Position numbers and translations under genes: made by a program
In this document: positions 10,788 to 20,290 of the stretch, in pieces
Layout: each line of letters begins with the position of its first letter
How positions within the stretch are numbered: position 1 is the first letter of the stretch
NCBI GenBank assembly: GCA_963749495.1
Contig: CAVVMW010000008.1
Location: forward strand, 64,001 to 128,000
Source of the DNA: an uncultured bacterium
GTDB lineage: Bacteria; Verrucomicrobiota; Verrucomicrobiia; Limisphaerales; UBA8199
Direction: 5' to 3'
DNA length: 64,000 bases
The notes under the pieces: generated by a model
The model's database searches: none
The model's input: the letters and a program-made list of their open reading frames with translations, nothing else
What the model was told of the DNA's origin: nothing

Positions 10788-12104
10788 ATGGACCTTAAAC
10801 TTCCCCACCTGGGTGAGGGCGCGGATTCGGGCACGGTGGTCAACCTCTTCGTCAAGGAAGGCAACCCGCTCTCGAAGGACCAGCCCATCCTCGAACTCGA
10901 AAACGAAAAGGCCGTGGCGACAATCCCCTCGACCGCCGCCGGCACCGTCACCGCCATTTATGTCAAGCCGGGCGACAAGCTCAGCGTCGGCCAGCGCATC
11001 CTTTCGCTGAGCGGCGGCGCAGCCGCCCCCAGCCAGCCCGCAGCGGCGCCTGCCCCGGCGGCCGAGGCGGGGTTCCCGGAGGAGCGGATTCTCCAAACGC
11101 CCGCCCCCGAGAGAAGGCCGCCGCCCGAGACCGAGCCGGCCTGGGACCGAGCGGCCGAGGCCAGGCCCGGCGCGCAACCGAGCGCGGCCCCATCGATCCG
11201 GAAACTGGCTCGAGATTTGGGCCTGGACCTGACGCGCGTGCGCGGCAGCGCCCGAGGCGGACGCATCGTCCTGGAAGACCTCCGGGCCCACATTCAACGA
11301 TTGCAGCGGCTGGCTGCGGCGCCGCCGGGCGTTGCGCCCGCCGCGCCGCCGCCGGCACCTCGACAACCGCCCGCGCCCGTCTCCCTCGACTTCTCCAAAT
11401 GGGGTCCCGTGTCGAGGAAGCCGCTCTCTCCGTTGCGCCAGGTCATCGCCCGCCGGATGTCGGAGAACTGGAATGCCGTGCCCCAGGTCACCCAGTTCGA
11501 CGAGGCCGACATCACCGATCTGATGGCGCTGCGAAACCGATACGCCGGCGCTTACGAACAACAAGGCGCCCGCCTCACGCTCACCTCCTTTGCCCTCAGG
11601 GCGGCCGTCGGCACGCTCAAGAAACACCCCATCTTCAACTCGAGCCTCGACGAGGCCGCCCAGGAAATCGTCTTGAAGGAGTACTATCACATCGGCATCG
11701 CGGTCGATACCGATGCCGGTTTGATCGTCCCGGTCATCCGCGACGTGGACAACAAAGGGCTGCTCGAGCTGTCCAAAGAACTGGAGGACCTGGCCCGGAA
11801 GGCGCGCGAGCGCAAGGTGGCGGCCGAGGAACTCAAGGGCGGCACGTTCACCATTTCCAACCAGGGCGGCATCGGCGGCGCTCATTTCACACCCATTGTC
11901 AACAGGCCCGAGGTCGCCATCCTCGGCTTGGGGCGCGCGGCCATGAAGGCGGTGGTCCGGCAAAAGGCCATCGAGCCGCGGCTGCTGCTCCCGCTCTGCT
12001 TGTCCTACGACCACCGCGTCATCGACGGCGCCGCCGCCGCCCGGTTCGTCGGTGACCTCGTCCAGGCCCTCGAACAGTTCAGGGAGGAGGACGTCAGGGT
12101 GTGA
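10788..12104 (+). CDS. aceF: Dihydrolipoamide acetyltransferase E2
   Basis: One lipoyl domain (LENEKA), subunit-binding domain (PSIRKLARDLGLDL..V.GSARGGRI), catalytic SYDHRVIDG. Confidence 0.93.
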   Translation: MDLKLPHLGEGADSGTVVNLFVKEGNPLSKDQPILELENEKAVATIPSTAAGTVTAIYVKPGDKLSVGQRILSLSGGAAAPSQPAAAPAPAAEAGFPEERILQTPAPERRPPPETEPAWDRAAEARPGAQPSAAPSIRKLARDLGLDLTRVRGSARGGRIVLEDLRAHIQRLQRLAAAPPGVAPAAPPPAPRQPPAPVSLDFSKWGPVSRKPLSPLRQVIARRMSENWNAVPQVTQFDEADITDLMALRNRYAGAYEQQGARLTLTSFALRAAVGTLKKHPIFNSSLDEAAQEIVLKEYYHIGIAVDTDAGLIVPVIRDVDNKGLLELSKELEDLARKARERKVAAEELKGGTFTISNQGGIGGAHFTPIVNRPEVAILGLGRAAMKAVVRQKAIEPRLLLPLCLSYDHRVIDGAAAARFVGDLVQALEQFREEDVRV

Positions 12105-12182
12105 AAATCGTGTTTCGGATTTCGGATTTCAACCCCCGGCGGCGGCGGCTCATTCACTCGCACAGCAACTCACTGCTTATTC

Positions 12183-13601
12183 ATGGATGCTCTCAAGACT
12201 GAACTGGTGGTTGTCGGCGCCGGTCCCGGCGGGTATGCGGCGGCCTTTTACGCGGCGGACCTGGGCAAGAAGGTCCTGCTGGTGGAGCGGGACCCGCGGC
12301 TGGGCGGGGTGTGCCTGAACCGGGGCTGCATCCCTTCCAAGGCGCTGCTCCACGCCGCCCATGCCATTACCTCGGCGCGCGAGTCCGAGCGCCGGGGCAT
12401 CACCTTTTGCGCGCCGACCCTTGACGTGACCAAACTGCGCGCGTGGAAGGAGTCCATCCTGACCCGTCTTGCCGGCGGGATTGCGCAGTTGGCCAAAATG
12501 CGGGGGGTGCAGGTCCTGCACGGGCGGGCATACTTCGAGGACTCGCGCACCGTGCGCGTCGAGACCGAGCAAGGCCAGCAGTTGCTCACTTACGACCACG
12601 CGATCGTCGCGGTCGGCTCGAAATCGGCGATGCCCAGGGCCTTCGACCTGGGCAACCCGCGCATCATGACCTCGAGCGAGGCCCTGGAGGTGGAAGAGGT
12701 GCCCGGGAACCTGCTGGTCATTGGCGGCGGCTACATTGGCATGGAGCTGGGGACGGTCTATGCCACGCTGGGCAGCAAGGTGGTGCTGGTCGAGGCCCTG
12801 GACAGCATCCTGGCCGGCGCGGACCCGGACCTGGCCCGGCCGGTCATCGCCTACGCGCACAAGGCCTTCAAAGAGGTGCGGCTCCAGACCAAGGTCCTCA
12901 AGATGGCCACCAGCGGCAAGCAGATCAAGGTCCAGTTCGACCTCAACGGCCAGAGCAAAGAGGAACTCTACGACCGGGTCCTGGCCGCCGTCGGCCGCAG
13001 CCCCAATGCCGACGACCTGGGCCTGGACAACACCAAGGTCTCGTTTGACGACCGGGGCTTCATCCATGTCAATGAAAAGCAGCAGACCACCGACCCGGCG
13101 ATCTACGCGATTGGTGACATCGTGGGCGGGGTGCTGCTGGCCCACAAGGCGGCCAAAGAGGCGCGGATTGCGGTCGAGGTCATTGCGGGCCAGGACAGCG
13201 CCTTTGTGGACATCACGATCCCGGCGGTGGTCTTCACGGACCCCGAGGTCGCCTGGTGCGGTTTGACCGAGGCGGAAGCCAAGGCCAAGGGCCTGGCGGT
13301 GCAGGTGGCCAAGTTCCCCTGGACCGCCTCCGGGCGCGCCCTTTCGTTTGACCGGCCCGAAGGGCTGACCAAGCTCATTGTCGATCCCGAGACCGAACGC
13401 ATCCTCGGCGTCGGCATCGTCGGCACCGGCGCTGGCGAACTCATCTCCGAAGGCGTCCTGGCCATCGAGATGGGCGCCACCGCCAAAGACCTGGCCCTGG
13501 CCGTGCATCCTCACCCGACCCTCTCCGAGACCATCATGGAGGCCGCCGAGGCCTTCTACGGGTACGCCACGCATACCCTGGCGCGAAAAAGCCACGCGTG
13601 A
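12183..13601 (+). CDS. lpdA: Dihydrolipoyl dehydrogenase E3
   Basis: GAGPGGY, GGVCLNRGCIPSK, GGGYIGME, HPHPTLSE. Confidence 0.98.
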   Translation: MDALKTELVVVGAGPGGYAAAFYAADLGKKVLLVERDPRLGGVCLNRGCIPSKALLHAAHAITSARESERRGITFCAPTLDVTKLRAWKESILTRLAGGIAQLAKMRGVQVLHGRAYFEDSRTVRVETEQGQQLLTYDHAIVAVGSKSAMPRAFDLGNPRIMTSSEALEVEEVPGNLLVIGGGYIGMELGTVYATLGSKVVLVEALDSILAGADPDLARPVIAYAHKAFKEVRLQTKVLKMATSGKQIKVQFDLNGQSKEELYDRVLAAVGRSPNADDLGLDNTKVSFDDRGFIHVNEKQQTTDPAIYAIGDIVGGVLLAHKAAKEARIAVEVIAGQDSAFVDITIPAVVFTDPEVAWCGLTEAEAKAKGLAVQVAKFPWTASGRALSFDRPEGLTKLIVDPETERILGVGIVGTGAGELISEGVLAIEMGATAKDLALAVHPHPTLSETIMEAAEAFYGYATHTLARKSHA

Positions 13602-13605
13602 TTCA

Positions 13606-13866
13606 ATGACGATCACGAAACAGGCCGTCGCCGACAAAATCGCCGCCTACCTCCGTCACGAGATTTCGCTGGCGGAATTGGTGGACTGGGCGGAGCGCGC
13701 AATGATGGAGGGCAAGTTCGAGGAGCGCAGCACCACGGTTTTATCCGCCGTCATTGCACGTCTTGGAGTGGCAGACGTGCGCGCATTCGGCCTGGCCTGG
13801 GAAGACTGCGAAGACCTGCTTCGTCAACTCGGGTATGCCCCCCGCGTCGAGATTGTCGCTGTTTGA
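13606..13866 (+). CDS. Hypothetical protein (86 aa)
   Basis: ATG 4 nt after the lpdA stop; amphipathic helical sequence MTITKQAVADKIAAYLRHEISLAELVDWAE. Confidence 0.7.
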   Translation: MTITKQAVADKIAAYLRHEISLAELVDWAERAMMEGKFEERSTTVLSAVIARLGVADVRAFGLAWEDCEDLLRQLGYAPRVEIVAV

Positions 13867-14093
13867 GCGGGCGCGGCAACGAAGCCGCCAGCATTAAGAG
13901 GTTGCCCAACCCGGCCCCGCGCAGTGGAGAAGCCTTCGTGTGGCGGTGATTTGTCTTGAAATTTTGGTTCCACTGGTAGATGGATTCCCCGTGCTAAAAA
14001 AATTGACCCGCCGAAAGCGCACGGCGCTGTACCGATCAGCCGGCACCCCCACCGCAATCGGGGCTGCCGAATGGCCTGCTAAGGTCTGCTCCC

Positions 14094-15044
14094 GTGCCGA
14101 CCCATGCCTTCGTACTCAGGGAGGACGGGTCCATTGCTGCTAACGGCGCGACACAGACTGAGGTCGCTCAGGCACAGACGGAACCGGAAGCCGCACCGCC
14201 GGTCCCGCCGTCTCCTCCGCACCTCGCGTACCGAGACGACCATCGCGGCCTCTGGCTGTATCACGGCAACTGCCTCGAGCTGCTCGACGCCATTGCGGCT
14301 AAATACGCGGACGGTCGGTTCGATATGGTTTTCGCGGATCCGCCGTATTTCCTCTCGAACGGCGGCATCACCTGCCACGCGGGCAAAATGGTGAAGGTTG
14401 ACAAGGGCGACTGGGACAAGTCTCGCGGTCCGGAGTTGAACCACGAATTCAATCTCGAATGGCTCCGCCGCTGCCAGCGCGTCCTCAAGCCGAACGGCAG
14501 CATTTGGGTCACTGGGACCCTGCACGTCATCTTCTCTGTGGGCTACGCAATGCAGCAATTGGGCATGAAAATGCTCAATGACATTGCTTGGGAGAAACCA
14601 AACCCGCCGCCCAACCTTTCCTGTCGGTACTTTACCCATTCCACTGAGACTGTGCTGTGGGCTGCGAAAACCGAGAAAAGCAAGCACACCTTTAACTACG
14701 ACCGCATGCGGGACATTAACGGCGGCAAGCAGATGAAGACGGTCTGGACTATGACTTCCCCGGGCGGTGAGGAGAAGGTGCTCGGGAGACATCCGACGCA
14801 GAAGCCCATTGCTCTCGTCGAACGCTGCCTCCTCGCCTCCACCAACGAGGGTGACACCGTCCTAGACCCATTCCTTGGTGGCGGGACCACCGCCGTGGCC
14901 GCGCTGCGCAACGGTCGGCACTGTGTAGGCATCGAGGCCGACGCGAACCACATCAAGCTTTCCATCGCGAGGGTCAAAGGTGAGGGACAGCGCACGCAAG
15001 ACCTGTTCGCACCGAGGCTGAGCGCGGCTGGCAGTCTCCTCTAA
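14094..15044 (+). CDS. Beta-class amino-DNA methyltransferase, DpnA/M2.DpnII-like (probable GATC m6A)
   Basis: FADPPYFLSNGGI, DKGDWDK, NPPPNLSCRYFTHSTETVLWA, GKQMKTVW, HPTQKP, LDPFLGGGTT; motif IV precedes motif I. Confidence 0.92.
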   Translation: MPTHAFVLREDGSIAANGATQTEVAQAQTEPEAAPPVPPSPPHLAYRDDHRGLWLYHGNCLELLDAIAAKYADGRFDMVFADPPYFLSNGGITCHAGKMVKVDKGDWDKSRGPELNHEFNLEWLRRCQRVLKPNGSIWVTGTLHVIFSVGYAMQQLGMKMLNDIAWEKPNPPPNLSCRYFTHSTETVLWAAKTEKSKHTFNYDRMRDINGGKQMKTVWTMTSPGGEEKVLGRHPTQKPIALVERCLLASTNEGDTVLDPFLGGGTTAVAALRNGRHCVGIEADANHIKLSIARVKGEGQRTQDLFAPRLSAAGSLL

Positions 15045-15053
15045 AGGACCACC

Positions 15054-15659
15054 ATGGAACGTAGCGAAGCAGTCACGCGATTAAAACAACTTGAGGGCCT
15101 CGATCTGCGCCCCCTTGCCGACAAGTACAGCGTCACCGTCTGGAGCGGGGCCAAGAAGAATAAAGGTTGGGCTGGCCACGTGCTGGAACGATACCTGGGC
15201 CTTCCGATCAACTCCGCGCAGTCACCGAATTTCGGTTCCTGGGAGCTCAAGATTGTGCCGCTCAAGCGGAACAGATGTGGCGCGCTACAGGTAAAAGAAA
15301 CGATGGCGATCACCATGATCGAGGCTTACAACGTCCAGAACACGCCGTTTGAAAAGAGCCACCTTCTGTGCAAGCTGCAAAAGGCCGTCGTCTGTGCTCG
15401 TGTTTTCGAGTCACAGGAGGAGGAGCGAAGCTTGCTGGTGCGCGTGGCAACCTTCGACCTCGACAACCCGGCGGACCTTCGGCAAGTCAGGGACGATTAC
15501 GAGCTGGTAAGAAGTACAATCCAAACGCGGGGCTTTGAGGCCCTCACGGGCGCGATGGGCGTTCTCGTGCAACCGAGGACGAAAGGGCCGGGCCACGGCA
15601 GCACCAGCCGGGCCTTTTACGCCCGAACCGGTTTCGTGACACACATCCTGGGTTTGTGA
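15054..15659 (+). CDS. MutH/Sau3AI-family endonuclease, single domain
   Basis: NKGWAGHVLERYLG (MutH DKGW.G.LLE..LG), WELKIVPL (ELKTIP), VQPRTKG, RAFYAR; SD-like AAGGA upstream. Confidence 0.8.
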   Translation: MERSEAVTRLKQLEGLDLRPLADKYSVTVWSGAKKNKGWAGHVLERYLGLPINSAQSPNFGSWELKIVPLKRNRCGALQVKETMAITMIEAYNVQNTPFEKSHLLCKLQKAVVCARVFESQEEERSLLVRVATFDLDNPADLRQVRDDYELVRSTIQTRGFEALTGAMGVLVQPRTKGPGHGSTSRAFYARTGFVTHILGL

Positions 15660-15669
15660 CGCACCGACA

Positions 15670-16329
15670 ATGACTTTCAAGGAGTTCCTTGCCCTCCTCG
15701 GCGACCAGGCAGGCCTTGCACTGCCGCGCGGTTGGGCGCAGCTCGACAAAGTCCCGCTAGCCAGACACTTTCTGTCTGCCGCCAACCGCTACTTTTACCA
15801 AACTTACGCAGCCATCGGAGCTACGCAGTTTGAAGGCGCGGAGTTCCAATACTTCTCCGACTTCCACCGCTTCTGGGAGCAAAACCATGCGAGCATTCTG
15901 AACGCGCGAATCGATACACCTCAGGCCCGCATCGCAGCGGCTGCTCTCCGGGACGCCGTCCAGGCTCACGGAGCGGAAATCCTGCGCGTGAACCGCAACC
16001 TGCACGGGCTGAACGCGCAACAACTTGCCCAAGTCCGATTCTTCACCGCCAACCAGGACTTTCGCCAACCACCGGACGACCAATTTACCATCTATCTCGA
16101 ACACCCGGAGGTTTTCGACGCGGCTGCCGTCGAGGAAGACCCCGACAACTTCCGCACAAGCATGGCGTTAAACAGGCTGTCGCAGAGCGACAAACGGCGC
16201 GATTTCGCCCGTAACGCAGCGCGGTTCCTGAACCAGAACGAAATCACGGCCTTTGAAATTGCCGAACACTTCGAGAACATCGCTCCTCGCATCCGCGAGG
16301 CGATCATCGGCTTCGGAAACACCGGGTAG
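15670..16329 (+). CDS. Hypothetical protein, possibly 3'-truncated
   Basis: 219-aa ORF 10 nt after the nuclease stop, co-oriented; globular composition; no family recognised. Confidence 0.7.
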   Translation: MTFKEFLALLGDQAGLALPRGWAQLDKVPLARHFLSAANRYFYQTYAAIGATQFEGAEFQYFSDFHRFWEQNHASILNARIDTPQARIAAAALRDAVQAHGAEILRVNRNLHGLNAQQLAQVRFFTANQDFRQPPDDQFTIYLEHPEVFDAAAVEEDPDNFRTSMALNRLSQSDKRRDFARNAARFLNQNEITAFEIAEHFENIAPRIREAIIGFGNTG

Positions 16330-16346
16330 ATAAAGGGGCGTTTCGC

Positions 16347-16773
16347 TCAGATGCACTCCTTATTGGCGAAATGGTTGTACGCGTGGTAATCGGCCGTCAA
16401 TTCCTCGCCTTCTGCGATGTCCCGGAGCGCGAAGAATACGTAGTCCCCATCGCAGCCGACGTTGGGGGTCTCCGAGTGGTTTAAGTACCAGGGCGACGGT
16501 CATCAAGTTAAAGCTCCTGGGGCAGCCGTATGTCTGGCCCTTGTCCTTGATGATACAGAATTGGTCATATAATTGCCTGATTCCCCTCGGCAATTCAGCG
16601 AGGTCCAGATCGCTCTTTTTCATCCAGACCGACTCGCTGTCGTCTTCGTCGAACAACCTCGTTCCTTTGGGAATGTCGCGAATCGCGAAGACGCCAACGC
16701 CATGGATTTTCGACGGCATAATCCGCGCATAGACTCCTTCATGGGGGAGCTTGGTCTTCTGTTGGCGGTTCAT
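16347..16773 (-). CDS. SET domain protein (putative lysine methyltransferase; frameshift ~16491)
   Basis: SKIHGVGVFAIRDIPKG; removing one C at ~16491 continues WYLNHSETPN...ALRDIAEGEELTADY to TGA at 16347. Confidence 0.9.
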
Positions 16774-17672
16774 GCTGCTTTAACTGGTTTCGTGAGACGG
16801 CTCCGGAGATCTACTTCCCACCTTGTGTTTATTGATCGGCCCACCCCGTCCAGATCCGGGAAGATCGTCGCTTCATTGATTCCACAGATGCGGAGATCCC
16901 TTCGCAGCCCGTCGAGGCTGGCAGCCGGAATAGGGATCTTAAACAAGCAATCGTTCTCCTCCCCTTCAAGGTTGTAGAGCGCGGACTCGTCGGTGCCGTG
17001 GATCGTAAAGCAGGAGTGCTGGGAACTGATCCGGCGAGCAACGTGAGTGGGCTCAATAGCGACCGCCTTGTCCGGAAGCCCGCGCATCCTCGTGAATCGT
17101 TCCGGCAGCCACCTTTGGACCTTCTTCACCCATTCGTCATTTTTAACCCCTGTCGCGCTCGGAGGGATTATCCACTCCTTGCCGATGGCCTTGTTGTTCA
17201 GCCGATAGGGCTCGAGCACCCATACCGCAGCATCTTCCTCCGTTGTGGCCGGGGCGCCATCCTCCTGCTTCGCGCCCCCCTTCACGGCGAAGTACAGAGC
17301 AATCAGCGCGCCCTCGGTCCAGTCCAGAAGGCGTGTTGCCGCTCCGAAGTGCTGCATCATAAAATACCACTCCCACTCCGAGCGCGGGTCATCGCCGACC
17401 GGCAAATTCTCGCAGAACACGGGGGCGCGCTTGATGAACTCTTCCCGCATTTCGTCCTCGACCTCCTGCGCCTTGACCTCGCTGAAGGCCAAGCTCCGAT
17501 ACAACGTCGGTTTCAGCGGAGTACGGTTCACCGGCTCTCCGCGAAACCACGGCCCCCACTGTCGGTCATACTTGAACCAGCTTTTCCGGTCACGGATGGC
17601 CCACACCGCCTCGAGGAATCGCGACACGTTGAACCCCCGGTCAGATTCCGCCTGTTTAGTGCCGGTGCTCAT
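16770..17672 (-). CDS. FRG domain protein
   Basis: WFRGE, LKPTLYR, MQHFGAATRLLDWTE, ALYFA, RISSQHSCFT, GINEATIFPDLDG. Confidence 0.93.
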   Translation of the reverse strand: MSTGTKQAESDRGFNVSRFLEAVWAIRDRKSWFKYDRQWGPWFRGEPVNRTPLKPTLYRSLAFSEVKAQEVEDEMREEFIKRAPVFCENLPVGDDPRSEWEWYFMMQHFGAATRLLDWTEGALIALYFAVKGGAKQEDGAPATTEEDAAVWVLEPYRLNNKAIGKEWIIPPSATGVKNDEWVKKVQRWLPERFTRMRGLPDKAVAIEPTHVARRISSQHSCFTIHGTDESALYNLEGEENDCLFKIPIPAASLDGLRRDLRICGINEATIFPDLDGVGRSINTRWEVDLRSRLTKPVKAA

Positions 17673-17913
17673 AAGCGTCGCGGCCGCGGGTAGCGAGAAA
17701 CACTGTTCTTGGCCTTCGCATTCCTCAGCAACACCCTGGCACTGTACCCGGAACCCGGCCCGGCGTCAACCTCTGTACGCGCCCGACCATTGAGTGGGCA
17801 GGGCGGGTGGCGAAGTGCCGATCTGCGGGGTCAGCCCCCGGGCACAGCGGGGTTGCGTTCCCCCCCCGGAAAGGAATTGCCCAACCACCCCCGAGGCGGG
17901 TAAATTGGCCGCC

Positions 17914-18972
17914 ATGGGTCAGTCGATTCTCACAGCCAGCGCGAGTGAGGCGACGGGTTCATTGAGGGATTTGCACGTCAGGGCCTACCGGCTCATGCTC
18001 CTGGCGCGGGTCCTCGATGACAAGTTCGCCAGCCTGTATCGCATGGGCAAGATCCATGGCGGCGTCTTTGTCGGGCGCGGCCAGGAGGCACTGAGCGTTG
18101 CCGCGGGACTGGCCTTGCGCCGCGGGGACGTCTTCGCCCCTCTCATCCGCGACCTGGCCGGGCGCCTGGCCTTTGGCGAGCCCATCCTGGACGCGGTCCG
18201 CACCTTTCTCGGCTCGGCGCTGGGGCCGATGCGCGGGCGCGATGGCAACGTGCACCGCGGCTGGCCCAAAGAGGGGCTGCTGCCGATGATCAGCCATCTG
18301 GGCGCCATGATCGCCGTCGCCAACGGGGTCCTGCTGGCGCACCGGTTCAAGGGCCTCTCCGGCACGGTCGGCGTCGCCTCGATTGGCGACGGCGGGACCT
18401 CAACCGGTTCGTTTCACGAAGCCCTCAACCAGGCGGCGGTCGAGAAACTCCCGCTGGTGGTAGTGGTGGCTAATAACCACTATGCCTACTCGACCCCCAT
18501 CTCGCGCCAGTTTGCCTGCCGTTCGCTCCTGGACAAGGCGGCGGGTTACGGCATGGTGGGACACGGCGTGGACGGCACGGACCTGTCCGCCTGCCTCACG
18601 GTCGTGGGCCAGGCGGTCGCCCGGGCGCGGGGCGGAGACGGCCCGCAGATGGTCGTGGCCACGTTGCTGCGCCTGTGCGGCCACGGCGAGCACGACGACG
18701 CCGGCTATGTTGACCCGGCGTTGAAGGCATCCCCTGTGGGACGCGATTGCCTCAAGGTCACCGAATGCCAACTCCTGGATCACAATTGGGCCGAGGCCTC
18801 CGATCTCCGCGCCTGGCGCCAGGAAGCTGCGCGCGCTGTCGAGGAGGTCGTCGCCAAGGTCCAGCGCGAGCCCGCCCCCGACCCTTACCGCCAGGACTGG
18901 TGCGCCCTGGCGTCGAAACACCTGGCCGAAGGGCGGGAGGGCGACCGAGGCGCAATGACGAATGACGAATGA
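17914..18972 (+). CDS. TPP-dependent 2-oxoacid dehydrogenase E1 alpha subunit
   Basis: GRGQEA, TPP motif GDGGTSTGSFHEALN...NNHYAYST, RLCGHGEHDD. Confidence 0.93.
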   Translation: MGQSILTASASEATGSLRDLHVRAYRLMLLARVLDDKFASLYRMGKIHGGVFVGRGQEALSVAAGLALRRGDVFAPLIRDLAGRLAFGEPILDAVRTFLGSALGPMRGRDGNVHRGWPKEGLLPMISHLGAMIAVANGVLLAHRFKGLSGTVGVASIGDGGTSTGSFHEALNQAAVEKLPLVVVVANNHYAYSTPISRQFACRSLLDKAAGYGMVGHGVDGTDLSACLTVVGQAVARARGGDGPQMVVATLLRLCGHGEHDDAGYVDPALKASPVGRDCLKVTECQLLDHNWAEASDLRAWRQEAARAVEEVVAKVQREPAPDPYRQDWCALASKHLAEGREGDRGAMTNDE

Positions 18973-18990
18973 CGAATGACGAATGACGAA
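18954..18990 (+). repeat. Heptamer tandem repeat (AATGACG) x5
   Basis: Seen directly; supplies the E1 alpha stop codon; the complementary unit TTCGTCA occurs at ~7887-7903. Confidence 0.9.
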
Positions 18991-19085
18991 CAACAAACGG
19001 GCGTGCTCCATGGCGGCCATCCGCTCCCAAGCGGGGTGAGGCCGTCGCCGCATTTCCGGCACGGGCGGGATGCGCGATGCGGCCG

Positions 19086-19298
<213 letters not shown>

Positions 19299-20264
19299 GT
19301 GAGCATCACCTATTTGGACGCCATTCGTGAGGCCCAGGCGCGCGCCCTGGCGGAGGACCCGCGCGTCTTCATCTACGGGCAGGACGTCGGACTTTTTGGC
19401 GGCGCCTTCAAGGCGACCAAGGGGCTGGCGCAGCGGTTCCCGGGGCGCGTGATCGACTCGCCGATCAGTGAAGATGCGATGGTGGGCCTGGCCGTGGGGG
19501 CGGCCATCGAGGGGATGCGCCCGATCATCGAACTCCAGTTTGCCGACTTCTCGACCGCGGGCTTCAACCAGATCGTCAACCAGGCCGCCACGCTGCACTG
19601 GCGGACCAATGTGCCCTGCCCGGTCACGATTCGCCTGCCCTGCGGCGGCACCTCCGGCAGCGGCCCGTTCCACAGCCAGAGCGTGGAGACCATCTATGCC
19701 CATTATCCGGGCCTGGTGGTGCTCACCCCGGCCACGGTCGAGGACGCCTACAGCATGTTGCTCGAGGCGGTCGCCCTGGACGACCCGGTCATCTTCTGCG
19801 AGCACAAGTACCTTTACTATCACTTGAAGGCCGAGCGACTGCCCACCGACGCGATGCCGGTGGGCAAGGCGCGCCTGGCCCGGACCGGGCGCGACATGAC
19901 GCTGGTGGCCTACAGCGCCATGGTACACGAGGCCCTGGCCGTCGCCGAGGAATTGGCCTCGGAAGGCACCGAGATCGAGGTCGTCAACCTCCGCTCGGTC
20001 AAGCCGCTGGATACGGACACGGTGGTGGCCTCAGTCGCCCGCACCGGGCGGCTGCTCTGCGTGGGCGAGGCCTGGCCCTGGGGCGGTGTGACCGCCGAGG
20101 TCATCGCCCGCGTCGCCAGCGAAGGCTTTGGCCTGCTCGACGCCCCCCCGCAGCGGCTCAACGCCAAGGACACGCCCGTACCCTATCACCCCAGCCTCTG
20201 GGCCGCTCACCGCCCCACGGCGCGCAGCATCGCCGCCGCAGCGCGCAACCTGCTCAGGATGTGA
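19299..20264 (+). CDS. 2-oxoacid dehydrogenase E1 beta subunit
   Basis: ITYLDAIREA, GQDVGLFGGAFKAT, DSPISE, ELQFADF, GPFHSQS, DPVIFCEHKYLY; GTG start inferred. Confidence 0.93.
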   Translation: MSITYLDAIREAQARALAEDPRVFIYGQDVGLFGGAFKATKGLAQRFPGRVIDSPISEDAMVGLAVGAAIEGMRPIIELQFADFSTAGFNQIVNQAATLHWRTNVPCPVTIRLPCGGTSGSGPFHSQSVETIYAHYPGLVVLTPATVEDAYSMLLEAVALDDPVIFCEHKYLYYHLKAERLPTDAMPVGKARLARTGRDMTLVAYSAMVHEALAVAEELASEGTEIEVVNLRSVKPLDTDTVVASVARTGRLLCVGEAWPWGGVTAEVIARVASEGFGLLDAPPQRLNAKDTPVPYHPSLWAAHRPTARSIAAAARNLLRM

Positions 20265-20290
20265 TGCGCAGAGACTGACCCACACCGCCC

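Noticed and set aside
192..13637. Long antisense ORFs (192-1394, 1486-3138, 3354-4910, 8741-10957, 10662-12014, 12177-13637)
   Set aside because: Shadow ORFs opposite well-supported genes in high-GC DNA; no motifs
15054..15659. Calling this gene mutH (mismatch repair)
   Set aside because: Operonic with an MTase in an islet, no mutS/mutL context, and the lineage is not known to use MutH repair
13902..17886. 10-bp direct repeat TTGCCCAACC (13902-13911, 17877-17886) as islet att sites
   Set aside because: Short enough to arise by chance, no integrase nearby, and it may simply be a -35-like box
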